Under the pieces are notes generated by a model. The model was given only the letters and a program-made list of their open reading frames with translations. It did no database searches and was not told where the DNA came from. From Octopus bimaculoides (taxonomy: Eukaryota), in assembly GCF_001194135.2 (NCBI RefSeq), contig NC_068983.1:7965761-8017720 (forward strand): a stretch of DNA of 51,960 bases, written 5' to 3'. Shown here in pieces: positions 1 through 12,818 of this stretch (positions within the stretch are counted from its first letter, which is position 1; every line of letters begins with the position of its first letter). A program made the position numbers and the translations under genes.

Positions 1-124
1 ATATATATTCATACACATACACAACAAACACACAGACACACAGAAACACACACACATTATATATACACAAACACACACGCACACACCAAAGCTCTTACAC
101 CACATTGAAGATATCCTTAAAGCC

Positions 125-1052
125 TTGGGAATAGGTTCGAACGCTGATGTCATATATCGTGACTTCAGTAAAGCGTTCGACAAGGTTGACCATAATATCT
201 TACTCACAAAATTGGCAAATGTTGAAATCCATGGAAAACGTCTACACTGGGTTAAGTATTTCCTAGAGAATAGAAAACAAGAAGCTGTGGTCGATGCAGT
301 CCACTGAAGCCCAGCAAAAATCCCCAGTGGTGTCCCTCAGGGGACTGTCTTGGGCCGGCTCCTCTTTATAATTTATATAAATGACCTTTCCAGCGTCGTA
401 AATCACTGCAAAGTGAAAATATTTGCTGATGACACTAAGCTCCAGNNNNNNNNNNAGCAGACCAGACCCAACTCCAGTCTGACCTATATGCTGTGAGTCA
501 ATGGACAGATAAAAACAAAATGGAACTGAACGAGGGAAAATTTGAGCTGATGCATTTTGGAAGAAAGTCTATACTTAAACAGCCATACTCTCTTCTTTCA
601 GGGGAACCGCTCACGGCATCCAGTAATATCAGAGATCTGGGTGTAATTGTTGACAATAATCTCAATTGGAGTGTCCACATCAACAATAAGGTCAATATAG
701 CCCGTAGGATGAGCTCCTGGATCTTAAGAACCTGTCGGTCCAGAGAACAAGGTGTCATCATTCAACTTTTCTCCTCCTTTGTACGACCACAACTCGAACA
801 CTGCTGCCCCTTGTGGTTTCCCCATACAAAAAAAGCATCTCGAGGATTGAATCGCCCCAGAGGGTACTCACTAAACGAATTGAAGGCATGATTGATCTTG
901 ATTACTGGGACCGCCTTAAAGCCTTGAAGCTCTACTCTCTCCAGCGCCGCCGCGAGCGGTACATCATTTCAACGATGTGGAGAACATACCACCAGCATTT
1001 CCCAAACGACCTGAACATTAGTTTCAAGGTTCATCCAAGGCTGGGACCAGTA
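125..1052 (+). mobile_element. CR1/L2-group LINE reverse-transcriptase fragment (frameshifted, dead)
   Basis: Consecutive frames give DFSKAFDKVDH, SGVPQGTVLG-LLF-IYINDL, FADDTKL, RDLGVIVDNNLNW, FVRPQLEHCC-LW-P and YWDRLKALKLYSLQRRRERY, the usual CR1-type RT/C-terminal motif order, with stops and frameshifts. Confidence 0.85.
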
Positions 1053-1079
1053 TAAAAGCGGTAACTGATGCTAAAGGAG

Positions 1080-1207
1080 GGTCAACCAGATATTAAAACT
1101 AATGTATATTGTGAAATATACCATAATCTACCATGTGCTCGAGTTTCATTAACATTGAGACAGCAGAACCCCAAAACATTGGGGTGGCCTAATACTTTTG
1201 GCCAAGG

Positions 1208-1210
<3 letters not shown>
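1080..1210. mobile_element. Isolated terminus of a Tc1-like DNA transposon
   Basis: Ends ...GGCCTAATACTTTTGGCCAAGGCTG|TA. The reverse complement CAGCCTTGGCCAAAAGTATTAGG resembles Tc1 TIRs and abuts a (TA)n run. The left boundary is approximate. Confidence 0.5.
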
Positions 1211-1250
<40 letters not shown>

Positions 1251-1544
1251 TGTGTGTATGTATATATGTGTGTGTGTGCGTGTGTGTGTCTGTGTATGGA
1301 TCAAAATAGTTTAATTCAAATTCTGAGTACTTAAGTTTTCAAAGCACAAGATGGTACTAATTGTCGGTCACTGGAAATTTGAGTAAGAAATCAGTTGGAG
1401 AAAGTCAAGTGTACTTACCGATGGATGGGCTGCAATTGGTGGAGAAAGGTCACGTGGTTTCACAATTTGATGCTGGTATTTCAGCGACAATATCTACTTG
1501 GAAAATACCGCATTTTTCTGTGACTGCTACTCACCTCCCTCTGA

Positions 1545-1715
1545 CAAATGGTGTTGGTTTACTTACATCGCCATAACTTAGCGTTCCGGCTTGAGAGATA
1601 GTCACAAACGAATGTCAGACTTGGAAATAATATTGGGATCTATTTTGTTGACTAAAACCTTCAAGACGGTGCCCCAGTATGGGCACAACCTTATATCTGA
1701 AACAACCAAAATATA
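1545..1715 (+). mobile_element. Degenerate 3' half of CORE-like SINE (group B)
   Basis: ATAACTTAGCGTTCCGGC...GACTAAAACCTTCAAGACGGTGCCCCAGTATGG aligns by eye to the 3' half of the full copy at 33037-33485. Confidence 0.55.
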
Positions 1716-2599
1716 AAAGGTGTGAGACTGAGGTACATATCTCAACCACGATGTGTACACTGTGTTTAAGAGTGAAAAGTTTTCTGATCATTCCAGCCCC
1801 AACAAGGGATTCACTATGTAGTCACTTCAGATGCTTGAAATGGCAGCCAAATCCCAGAAGGGATCAAATCAGAGGAAAGAAGAAATGTTCTTATTCTTTA
1901 AAACATTTTGATTTTATCACAAATCTAAATGTAGCAAGACAAGTTATTCTATCTAACTCTCTTACACATTACCTTCACTGAAACGTAGTTGAAATATGGC
2001 GTAATCTAATTTAATTAAGTTAGTATATTTATCTTATCATATTTCATCTTACTCTTCTGTATTAACTCGTCATACAACACTTAATTGCTATAGCAACCAG
2101 TTATAATATTTTCACTCCTCACCTAGCTTATAGTTCATATATTACTTATTTAAATTAAACACTAGTTAAATTAATATATTTACTTCAATATGTTTATTTA
2201 ATCTATCTATTTGCCTTAATTTATTTATCTTAATACGTTATACTTCACTTTATTCGAATCCAATGATAACATAATATTTTATTCACTCCCAAAGAACTTG
2301 AACTTTCAATAATATTTCTATAATGTCTTTATATATTTTATAGCTGACACCATTATAACGCGCTTAAGTTAATTCTTGATCTCTTTACTTATCTAACCTA
2401 TAACCTCATCTGAATACTCAGTAAAACTCCTTCCTCACCACACACTATGCTACACTGCTATTGATGACGACTTTCTGCATCTTGTTTACAAAACTCGAAT
2501 ACTACCCCAATCCCCTTTGACTGTCTGCTAATACTAAGTCATACTGCACATCGCCACTACAATTGAGATTTTGCCATTATCCACATCATTTTCTTCATA

Positions 2600-3470
2600 C
2601 CTTACCACAAAATAAGTTCATTAGTTTATTGTGAGTGAATGTTGACGATTTCTGCCTTTCACCAGTTTAATTTTAATTCTACTACATGACTCTGGCCACA
2701 AACTTTACATAAATGTCAAATTTCATCAAAATCGGATGAATTCTGTTAAAGGTACAGCATAAAATACTAATCCTATGGGTAATTCCATATAAAAAGCCTA
2801 TTGATTTCTTAATATCATCCGCACACGCGCATTTTTTGTCAATTCTTCATGCTATCATCAACTAATGGACATGAACTGTAATCACGTGTAAAATTTCTAC
2901 AAAATAGATAAGAATGTCTCTAAGGAAATGCTTATTTACACTTGTGCCCTTTTCTAGCCCATTCTAATTAAATAAACAAAATTTACCTAAATCTCAAATT
3001 TCATTAAAATCCAATAAAAAATGTAAAAGTTACGGCAAAAAATATAATCCATATGGGTATTTTCACGCAAATGCCCTATTGATTCTATAAAACCACTGCT
3101 CAGGGGCAATTATCGATTTTTTGTCAACGCCATGTACTGACATCAACTCACTGCCATGAGCCTCGCTCACTCATCGATGTTCATCAAAATCGGACAAAAA
3201 ATTCAAAAGCTGCTTGAAAAATAACATCGTTATGGGAATTACAGTTCAAACGCCCGATTGAGCTGACAAAAATCGATGCCAACTGAGCATTATCGAGTTT
3301 TCAAAAACCTCCGGCCTTATATGAACTTCAAGGCATATGATCTGCCTATGTGCCAAAAATTGTTAACATCGGTTGGACGGTGTGGGAGGAGTTAGAGTTG
3401 CCCCAAAACACACAGACAGACAAACACCATTACACATTTATGTATGTATATATGAATATGGGTGAATATG
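2600..3470 (+). mobile_element. Possible non-autonomous Helitron/Helentron-like (DINE-1/Lep1-style) element with internal ~175-bp degenerate repeats
   Basis: The motif TTTCATCAAAATCGG recurs at about 2721, 2894, 2999, 3179 and 3360. The end reads GTGCCAAAAATT...ATCGGTTGGACGGT...ACAGACAGACAAAC...TTTATGTATGTAT, resembling insect HINE/Lep1 3' ends (from memory). Confidence 0.4.
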
Positions 3471-3869
3471 GGTATATGTATTATATATATATATATAATA
3501 AAGATATTTTCTTATATCGATGTTGTTACTGTAACCGATCTTATTAGTGCAATTGCTTTTCCTCTTATACAATTCTTTTTTCAGTTGATTACAAAGTTAA
3601 CTGAAACCAAGTAATAATATTCGTTTTCTGAGTTGCTTTGCTTTTTCTTGTTTATAATTCTTTCTTTGGTGTCTGATAGTATTTTCTTTTCTAAAATTAT
3701 AACAGATATTTCTAATTATTGATTTTTCTTACAGGCTATATTTTCTGGAAGAATATTTTTTTAATAGTACACCGACAGAATTAACATGGATAAGCAATTT
3801 ATTTATAATAACGGTAAAAATAGCAATAGCATAAGAACAACACCAAAACCCAAAACAAGAACAAAATAT

Positions 3870-4220
<351 letters not shown>

Positions 4221-4976
4221 ATAAAAGAAATGTGAACAGACACTATTATTTTTATTATTATTTATACTAATAACAAGAACAACATGACTGCATTTGTATT
4301 GTTTCGAATATATTACTCACAAGAGAAAGCATAATTTTATCTTTCTCATATATATTCATTCAGTATTGCTTTCATTCGAGTGTTAATTATTTCGTTAGTT
4401 TTTAGACAACACCTGTAAAATAAATACCTTTCTTGACGTAATACCCCGAATACTAATATTCTTAACTATTACGTTCCCAAATTATTCGAGATGAAGTTTT
4501 ACTTATTACACAAATGTAGAAACAACTTCGACTAGCTTATTTACCGATATAATCTTTAAATAATATGCGTAGTTTTGTCGTCAACACCTTTGATTGGTTG
4601 CTGTTTCAAGTAATCTACGTTTTATTCTCTCAGTTTCCTCACAACGAATATAAGTTTAATTAAAATTCCCTGGTTCATTACATTAAAAACGCTAGAACCC
4701 ACTTATACTTACACTGCTCGTATAGAAGGCGCCACTGGGTATTTCACTCAATGTAGTTCTGATAACACAATTTGGGAAAAGAACTATTTAAGTAGTCTCT
4801 ACCTGGTCCTTCCACATGCTAGAAATACTAATCGAATTCCTTTCGAATTACAGTCTGCCGTCTTTCAAATGAAGGCCACGTTGCATAGTTTTCTAGATGC
4901 AGCGACTCTGAAGAAGAGGATGATCACAACTGGAACAGATTTCATGAAGACAGGATTAACCTTGAACTAAATAAAC

Positions 4977-5113
4977 CTTCTACTATAGGCACAAGGGCAG
5001 AAATTTTGGGGGAGGGGGGCTAGTCGATTACATTGACCCCAGTGTATGACTAGTATTTTTTTCATCGACTCCAAATGGATGAAAAATAAAGTCGACCTTG
5101 GTGGAATTTGAAC
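4977..5113 (-). mobile_element. SINE group A, partial, short-tail variant
   Basis: The reverse complement contains GTTCAAATTCCACCAAGGTCGAC...TCATCC...GGGGTCAATGTAATCGAC, shared with the copy at 6917. Confidence 0.75.
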
Positions 5114-5126
5114 ATTTCTCTCGGCT

Positions 5127-5276
5127 TTTACGTCTTGAATTAAAATATCACTGCGATCAACCTCGCTTTTCATCCTTTCGGGGTCTATGAAATAAGGTAC
5201 AAGTCAAGTACTGGGGTTAACTTAATATACTTGTCCCCTTCCCTCACAATTACTGGTCTGATTCCAAAATTGAAAA
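5127..5276 (+). mobile_element. SINE group A, degenerate, opposite orientation to the adjacent copy
   Basis: CTTTTCATCCTTTCGGGGTCTATGAAATAAGGTACAAG...ACTGGGGTT core motif. Confidence 0.7.
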
Positions 5277-6916
5277 GTGTTTATGGTGCCGGTAGTGTAA
5301 GAGTCCCTTTCCGGTTTTCTCGTGTGGAGAAAGAATCTCATTGAAATATCTTCTCACAAGTGCGAATCGATATGTGTATGTATGTGTGTGTTTTGTGTAT
5401 GTGTGTCTGTGTGTTGTGCGTGTGTGTTCAAGGGTATTGCGCGATATTTGCCGTAAATGGCATTTCTGATGATGATATAGATGGTGATGCTGTTCGTAAT
5501 GACTCACTTGTTCGTGCCGGGAGTAGAAGTAATGGTGTGTTAAATTGTAGCACGTGACTACAAGAAATGAGGTGTTTGTTCTGTTAATCGGTGTAATGAG
5601 CAGCATTCGTGTGTTATGCTGATCAGTGTAGCTTATATGAACGCTTCGGATATAATTCTTAAAATTTTCAAGGAAAATGTATTCATTAATGAATAACTTT
5701 TAAAGCCATACACCCCCACTTCATCAGCTCCCTTTAAGGTCGGAAGTGAGGGTAAAAAAGAACATCAGTAGTGGCTTTGATTCTCACGTGTAATCCCTGA
5801 CAGAGGTCATATTAAGAAATAAGAATTTTAAATTGCTTTATATTATTTTTTACTATTGAATACAAGATGATGTTTAAAGGACGACGGCTCATCACGACGT
5901 TCAACATAAATGAAGAGCAGATATATTGCGGTGTTATGGTAAGTCAGTCAAAATGAACCGGCGCATTGTGACTATTCATGAAAAAATTTACATCCATTTT
6001 GCTAGTATTTGGTTAAAAACAGTTTTGACAGAAAAAGTCAGCGCTGATGGAGAAAAATCACAGGAGACTACGGTATGTTAAAAAGCAAATCAATTTGAGT
6101 CAACATGGAAAATTTTATTTTCCAATACTTGTAAAAAAAAAAAATGACTCAATTAATAGATCACTGGTGTGTCAAAAAGCAAATGTTCAGGGAAGAAATA
6201 AGTAAATAAGATTTCATACCACCAAGAGATGGTTTAACAAGAGGTAAAGAGAGAATGTACTCTGTATAAATATACTCATGACAAGGTGAGTGTATTAAAA
6301 CAGAATGAACAAAAATGTATCGCTAAATATTCTCAAAAATATATTCACGATACAACAAAGTGGGGATTTATTTTGTACAATGCTCGTGCATTTAAATGTC
6401 TAAGAATGAACGTGCCATTGATACAAATTTGTGGCTGACAAATTAAAAATCCTTGGTGATATGAGGGTATCAAATGTTTACCTCTTCATTACTGTTCTAA
6501 TGTAAGTGGATGGATGAGTACAGTTATTGTTAACAGCAACGTGTTATTTAAGTGGGATTTGGAATTACAGAGAAATATTGTTATGTTAGTTGACAACTTG
6601 CACGGCGCAGAAATAATTTGACAATAAAGAATATAGAAGAATTTCTTGTTTTTGCTAAAAAAAAAATTACATTATTAATTCAACAATGTGATAGAAGCAC
6701 CAGATTTATATCGAAAAGAAATTTGTGAAAGAATCAGATTTAATTAACTTAATTCTTATCTGATGCCACCTCATTTGACAGATAAATTTATCTTCCTGTT
6801 GCATTGCACATGCGAGTAGCCTCATAGAAATAAATCTCAGAAGGGACTATTCTGAATTCTTTTGAAATAGATGTATGTTCTAAAACATGAGCAGAAACTG
6901 TTGTTAACTGTTGTAC

Positions 6917-7150
6917 GGCGGCGAGCTGGGAGAAACGTTAGCATGCCGGGCGAAATCCTTAGCGGTATTTCGTCTGTCTTTACGCTCTGAGTTCAAATTC
7001 CGCCGAGGTCGACTTTGCCTTTCATCCTTTCGGGGTCGATAAATAAAGTACCAGTTACGCACTGGGGTCGATTTAATCGACTTAATCCCTTTGTCTATCC
7101 TTGTTTGTCCCCTCTATGTTTAGCCCCCTTGTGGGCAATAAAGAAATAAG
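6917..7150 (+). mobile_element. Full-length tRNA-derived SINE group A with 15-bp target-site duplication
   Basis: GGCGGCGAGCTGG head, B-box-like GTTCAAATTCC, core CCTTTCATCCTTTCGGGGTCGATAAA and A-rich tail. AGAAACTGTTGTTAA occurs at 6893-6907 and 7149-7163. Confidence 0.9.
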
Positions 7151-7592
7151 AAACTGTTGTTAAGAAGTTAGAACTTATTACAAATGAATCTCTTGGTAAA
7201 ATCTTAGACTTTATATACAAAGGAGAGGATGAATATCGGTCGCCGATTACTAATAAAGTTGGTACCTACAATGACAGTGTCGGAAATATGTCAAGCTGTT
7301 ACTGATGTGGACTCTAAATCAGAAGACCATGAATTAATCAACTCCAGAAGAAATTTCGAAGGATCCTCCATCTAGCGATATATATTCTACCGCGGAAAAC
7401 AATATCGTTCAGTAAAATTTCTAAAGCAATATAAATATGTTATGTATACTCCATCAATAAACTTCTAAACTATTAAGTAAATAGCCATTTATTAATTAAG
7501 CACAAAAATATGTGTAGCAGCAATTTGTTTTTGTATTTAGCTTCTAAACTACTAAACGGAATCTACATAAAAACAATGTAATAAATATATAT

Positions 7593-7976
7593 ATTAATCT
7601 TAAGATAATATATATTTTAAAACTTGAATGTCTAATTTAGCACCTTAAAATTAATTTATGTTCGTTGTTTTAAAACACTTCGTATTATATCTTGAACAGC
7701 AGACAATCAGAACTAATTAGGGTTAGAAGCATTGCAGCTGAATTCTAGATTAAAAGAAAGTCTGTTTTTAGAAATGGATATGTATATTAATCTTAAGATA
7801 CATACATACATACAGTATGTATCTTGAGATACTGAATGTCTAATTTAGTACCTAAAAATTAATATAATACGCCCGTTGTTTTAAAACACTTAGTATTATA
7901 TCCTGAACAGCAGACAATCAGTACCTAATTAGAAGCATTGCAATTAAAAGAATTGCAACTGAATTCTAGACTAAAA
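7593..7976. repeat. Local tandem duplication, two ~165-190-bp units
   Basis: 7593-7755 and 7786-7976 share ATTAATCTTAAGATA, TGAATGTCTAATTTAG, GTTGTTTTAAAACACTT, GAACAGCAGACAATCAG and CTGAATTCTAGA. Confidence 0.9.
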
Positions 7977-10271
7977 TATAAAATGACATATTTTTATATC
8001 TTAATATTTTTCGTTTTTGTTTGAAAGGAACAAATATATATTTTAAATTTACTTTTGTACTTACGTTTAGGTTTTATTGCTTAATAAACTGTTGAAATAA
8101 TAGGTTCCTAAATTTTCAAAACGTGACACGATGATACAATACTAATATATTCCTCATTGAATATATTTTACTTTCATTATTTTAAGGATTGATATGGATA
8201 TCCATGTTTATTTTTATTTATTTGATAAGTATATAAATTATTTATAAAGCATTTGAATTTCCTTCGTATAAATACAAATTTTTCGAGGTGAAGTGCTTTG
8301 TGCATTTACAAAAAATAATAAAGATTGAAGATTTCTAATCATTGGTATTGAAGACAGAAAACTCTGAAAACCACACTTATTTTTAGTAAAGTGTGACAAA
8401 AACACTAGAATTAAGTATAATTTCAATAATACAATTTACCCTTTATAATTGATTAAGCGCCGCAAGGTTTTTGGTATTTGACAAACTGCGCCCAATAAAA
8501 TCAAAAACAAATTTATAGGATTGTTTTTATTTTACGTATGACAGTTAAACCAAAAACGAAAAGGAACTACAGCTACAGCCAAGGTGATAGTCTAAGTACC
8601 TGTCTTCAAATGACATGGTGCTCCCTTTCTGTCAGTTTGTTTGTCACTCCTCTCTGTACAGGCAAAACAGAAAGTTTCCGTAGAAAGTCAAGATTGAAAG
8701 AAGAGCGCTCTATATAGTCAATAGTGCTGAATGTGAATAATACAGTCTGCTGTTACAGTTAGTGGTACATTCCATTTGGAAATCCATGCTTGTAGCCAAT
8801 AGTTTAGTGCCTGCGTTTCTTAAGGGTCTCTCATCAGGGTACTGATGGCAATTAATAATTGTCTACAAGTATGTATTGCAAAACCTAGTGTGAGCGTACA
8901 TGTGTGTTTAATGTGTATATGTGAATGTGAACCTCAAACATGTTTTAGAAATTTTCAATGTTCCTTTGATCGATTGTATGAGAAGTATGTAAATCACTCT
9001 GTTCTATTCATTGGGAAACTCAAGCATTTCTAAGTTTCTACGCAGATCCCTTATTATGTGATCCAGTGCGAAGAAGTGAAAATCTATTGCCCGGGTACAA
9101 AAGTTGCAGGTTTCTCGTCGGTTCTCTATAGATATTTTCATTTCCAATTTTTGAAGTGACATTTACATGCTAAGCAACAACTCTCTACAACAGTTCAAAT
9201 AATTGTATCAAATAATTGTAGCTACCTAGTTTTGTTATTCATATTTTATACTTATTACTTTTATAGGAGTTTTCTACCATTATTCCTTATTTTTATCGGC
9301 TTGGACAATTTCTACTTCTGGTGTCTGTCTGATGTGGTTGCTAGGATGACCCTTCCTGTACACAGCATTGGAGACTATCTTAGCGTTAATATATGTATTA
9401 TGTATGTATGTATGTATGTATGTATGTATGTATGTATGTGTGTGTGTGCATATCTATGCATGTCGTACAATCCTACGGGCGCGTTATTAAACGCAGATTT
9501 TTATTCAAGTAACAGTAGATTTCGCCTAAGCGAAATTTTAAATTTCATGCTTGAAAATTTGTTATATATTGAAAAACAATATTTTAGAATAGAGTAAAAA
9601 GAATGAGCTAAAGAATTATATTATATACACACGCAGCACGTTTTATTGCAAATGTCATCCATATTCTATAGTTCTTCAGTTCTTTAGGTTTATAGCTCTG
9701 TAGTTCATTAGTTCTGTATTTTTTGGTTATAATTTAAAAATTACTTTAATCATATACTGGAAGATCAATTCATTAAAAAGAAATCATCTGAAGGTAATCG
9801 AAGAACAATGATAGACATGATGTTCAATAATTTTAATGACATCAAAATAAGCTAACAAACATTCAATAAACAACTCCACAAAGAAAGAAATTAATACTTA
9901 ATATACACTATTACACTTCTGGCTACAAATTAAATTAGATTCTAAAACTGTTTATGGAATACTTATATAAAACAAATACAGAATATTTAAACAATAAAAA
10001 TACAGATATACCTTGGATTCACCTAAATTTAAAATAAAATGATAAACAAGATGAGTTATATGAAAATTAAACATGAAAATAATAACGATAAACAAATATG
10101 AAATTCGCTACAGAACTCTAATGAAATATATGCGCAGTTTATAATAATGTTGTTTATTTAGCAATTATAAAACAACAACAGCAACAACAACAACACGAAC
10201 AGCAGGAAGAAGAAGAAGACATCATTTCGACATGAGGAAATGATTCTACGTCGTTGCTCAATTTTCTTCAG

Positions 10272-10366
10272 GACATAGAGAAGAATTCCTTATGATAATT
10301 AATCGCTGTGCAGATGTTTGTGATGAATGTAGAATTAGTTTGAGGCTACAGATTGCAACAAAATAA
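10272..10366 (+). CDS. Candidate terminal coding exon (phase 1): GHREEFLMIINRCADVCDECRISLRLQIATK*
   Basis: Strong acceptor AATTTTCTTCAG|G, an open phase-1 frame with C-x3-C-x2-C, and a stop overlapping AATAAA with more AATAAA downstream. No upstream exon is securely linked. Confidence 0.35.
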
Positions 10367-10602
10367 ATAAGTAAATAAATAGGTTAATAAATATGGGACA
10401 ACAAAAATAAAGCGAAATATGGCGACAAGCACTCATGATGAATTTGAAATATCTCAGATTTCATTTACCTCTGCATTTTTCTAATTTATTATAATATATT
10501 ATTATTGATTAAGTTGGGTATAAATTTTCTGCGTATCTTTTCATTTATTCATTCCGTTATTCATTTATTTTATTGCGTTAAACATCTGCACACAATCATA
10601 TA

Positions 10603-10660
10603 TACATATGGAATACATATGGAATACATATGGAATACATATGGAATACATATGGAATAC
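10603..10660. repeat. 11-bp minisatellite (TACATATGGAA)x5
   Basis: Directly visible. Confidence 0.95.
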
Positions 10661-10706
10661 GTATAAATACACATAAGTAGACAGTAATGAAACAGACAAC
10701 TGTGTT

Positions 10707-10933
10707 CTTATTTCTTTACTGCTCACACGGAGCTACATACAGAAGGGACAAACAAGGACGGACAAACGGATTAAGTCGATTATATCGACACCAGTGCGTA
10801 ACTGGTACTTATTTAATCGACCCCGAAAATATGAAAGGTAAAGTCGACCTCGGCGGAATTTGAACTCAGAGCGTAGCAACAGACGAAATACCGCTAAGCA
10901 TTTTGCCTGGCATGCTAACGTTTCTGCCAGCTC
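10707..10933 (-). mobile_element. Near full-length SINE group A
   Basis: Reverse-complement match to the 6917 copy. Imperfect TSD AACTGTGTTCT (10698) / AACTGTGCTCT (10938). Confidence 0.9.
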
Positions 10934-11141
10934 ACAGAACTGTGCTCTATTGTGGTACACACATCGAGGAGTGCAAATTTATTCACACACACACACACGC
11001 ATACTTACAACACACAGACATGTATGCACACATCAACCTGTCAAGTTAGCTACAAGACCAAGAGCATTGCCACTTTCTTAGTGACCGGCATGAATTCTGC
11101 AAAAGGAAAAAGTTCAAATATAACCCCCAAAAACATACAAA

Positions 11142-11299
11142 GGTGCAGACATGGCTGTGTGGAAAGGAGCTAGCTTCCCAACAATATGGTTCCGGATTCA
11201 GTGCCACTGTGTGGCACCTTAGGCAAATTTCCTCTACTATAGCATCGGCCCGACCAAAGCTTTGTGAGTGGATTTGATAGATGGAAACTGAAAAAAGCC
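11142..11299 (+). mobile_element. 5' half of CORE-like tRNA SINE (group B; OR2-like from memory)
   Basis: GGCTGTGTGG head, GGTTCCGGATTCAGTGCC, CORE-like CACCTTAGGCAAAT..CTACTATAGC, then (TA)n. Confidence 0.8.
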
Positions 11300-12205
11300 T
11301 TATATATATATATATATACCGGAAGAAATCCCTAATTACCTCCCCCTATCTAGAACTCTTCTTTTTCAGAATGGAGCGAACACGTTACAATGAAGTAGAG
11401 AAATTTGAAAAGACAACAGGAAACCGGTTATTTCTCAAAATACAATGTTTATATACCAAAAAAATTTTATAACATTTTTCTAACATTTTTCTGACATAAT
11501 TTAAATATATACTTTAACNNNNNNNNNNNNNNNNNNNNNNNNNNNNNNNNNNNNNNNNNNNNNNNNNNNNNNNNNNNNNNNNNNNNNNNNNNNNNNNNNN
11601 NNNNNNNNNNNNNNNNNNNNNNNNNNNNNNNNNNNNNNNNNNNNNNNNNNNNNNNNNNNNNNNNNNNNNNNNNNNNNNNNNNNNNNNNNNNNNNNNNNNN
11701 NNNNNNNNNNNNNNNNNNNNNNNNNNNNNNNNNNNNNNNNNNNNNNNNNNNNNNNNNNNNNNNNNNNNNNNNNNNNNNNNNNNNNNNNNNNNNNNNNNNN
11801 NNNNNNNNNNNNNNNNNNNNNNNNNNNNNNNNNNNNNNNNNNNNNNNNNNNNNNNNNNNNNNNNNNNNNNNNNNNNNNNNNNNNNNNNNNNNNNNNNNNN
11901 NNNNNNNNNNNNNNNNNNNNNNNNNNNNNNNNNNNNNNNNNNNNNNNNNNNNNNNNNNNNNNNNNNNNNNNNNNNNNNNNNNNNNNNNNNNNNNNNNNNN
12001 NNNNNNNNNNNNNNNNNNNNNNNNNNNNNNNNNNNNNNNNNNNNNNNNNNNNNNNNNNNNNNNNNNNNNNNNNNNNNNNNNNNNNNNNNNNNNNNNNNNN
12101 NNNNNNNNNNNNNNNNNNNNNNNNNNNNNNNNNNNNNNNNNNNNNNNNNNNNNNNNNNNNNNNNNNNNNNNNNNNNNNNNNNNNNNNNNNNNNNNNNNNN
12201 NNNNN

Positions 12206-12250
<45 letters not shown>

Positions 12251-12605
12251 ATATAACAGAAATTAAGCTGGAGAAAAAATTAGGAATGGTCAATATTATA
12301 AACTTAGACAACCAATACAAAACTGCACTAAATATCATACCAGATACGTTCTTAATTTACTGAAGCTACTTTCGCTTCGTGTGAAAGCAAACATAGTGGA
12401 ATCTTCGAATGACAAGGGGAAATAATCACAGTCAAGAAACAATTCTTTGGAAATGATATTATATTGCCGAAAAGAGAAAAAAATAACTGCTGACAACGAT
12501 AACAGTGACATTAACATTAGCCAAACCAAAGATAGTTCTACTTCAAAAGCGTCCCCCACGGTTTTTATATAAATGTTAACGGTGATGATAATAGATGTTA
12601 ATAGT

Positions 12606-12818
12606 GGTTTCAAATTTTGGTGCACGACCAGTTATGTCGAGGGAAGGAGGAAGTCAATTACATCAACGCCAGTGACCAAATGATACTAATTTTATCGGCC
12701 ACGTAATGATGAAAAGGCAAAGTTGACCTTGCCGGAATTTGAACTCAGAACGTACATTCGAATGAAATGCCATTAACCATTCTGTCCGGTGAGCTAACGA
12801 TTTTATCAACTCGCTGCC
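12606..12818 (-). mobile_element. Old degenerate SINE group A
   Basis: GGCAAAGTTGACCTTGCCGGAATTTGAACTCAGAACGTA core with degenerate head and tail. Confidence 0.7.

Noticed and set aside
5867-6292. Several good donors (ATG|GTAAGT at 5939, ACG|GTATGT, AAG|GTGAGT) with short open frames
   Set aside because: No consistent exon chain or recognisable product; such sites are frequent by chance.
7230-7376. 48-aa ORF MNIGRRLLIKLVPTMTVSEICQA...RRNFEGSSI, prepropeptide-like
   Set aside because: Weak hydrophobic core, no paralogue and no promoter or splice support.
8238-8426. Minus ORF starting KLYLILVFL
   Set aside because: It begins at TTG, not ATG, in very AT-rich sequence; the hydrophobicity is explained by composition.
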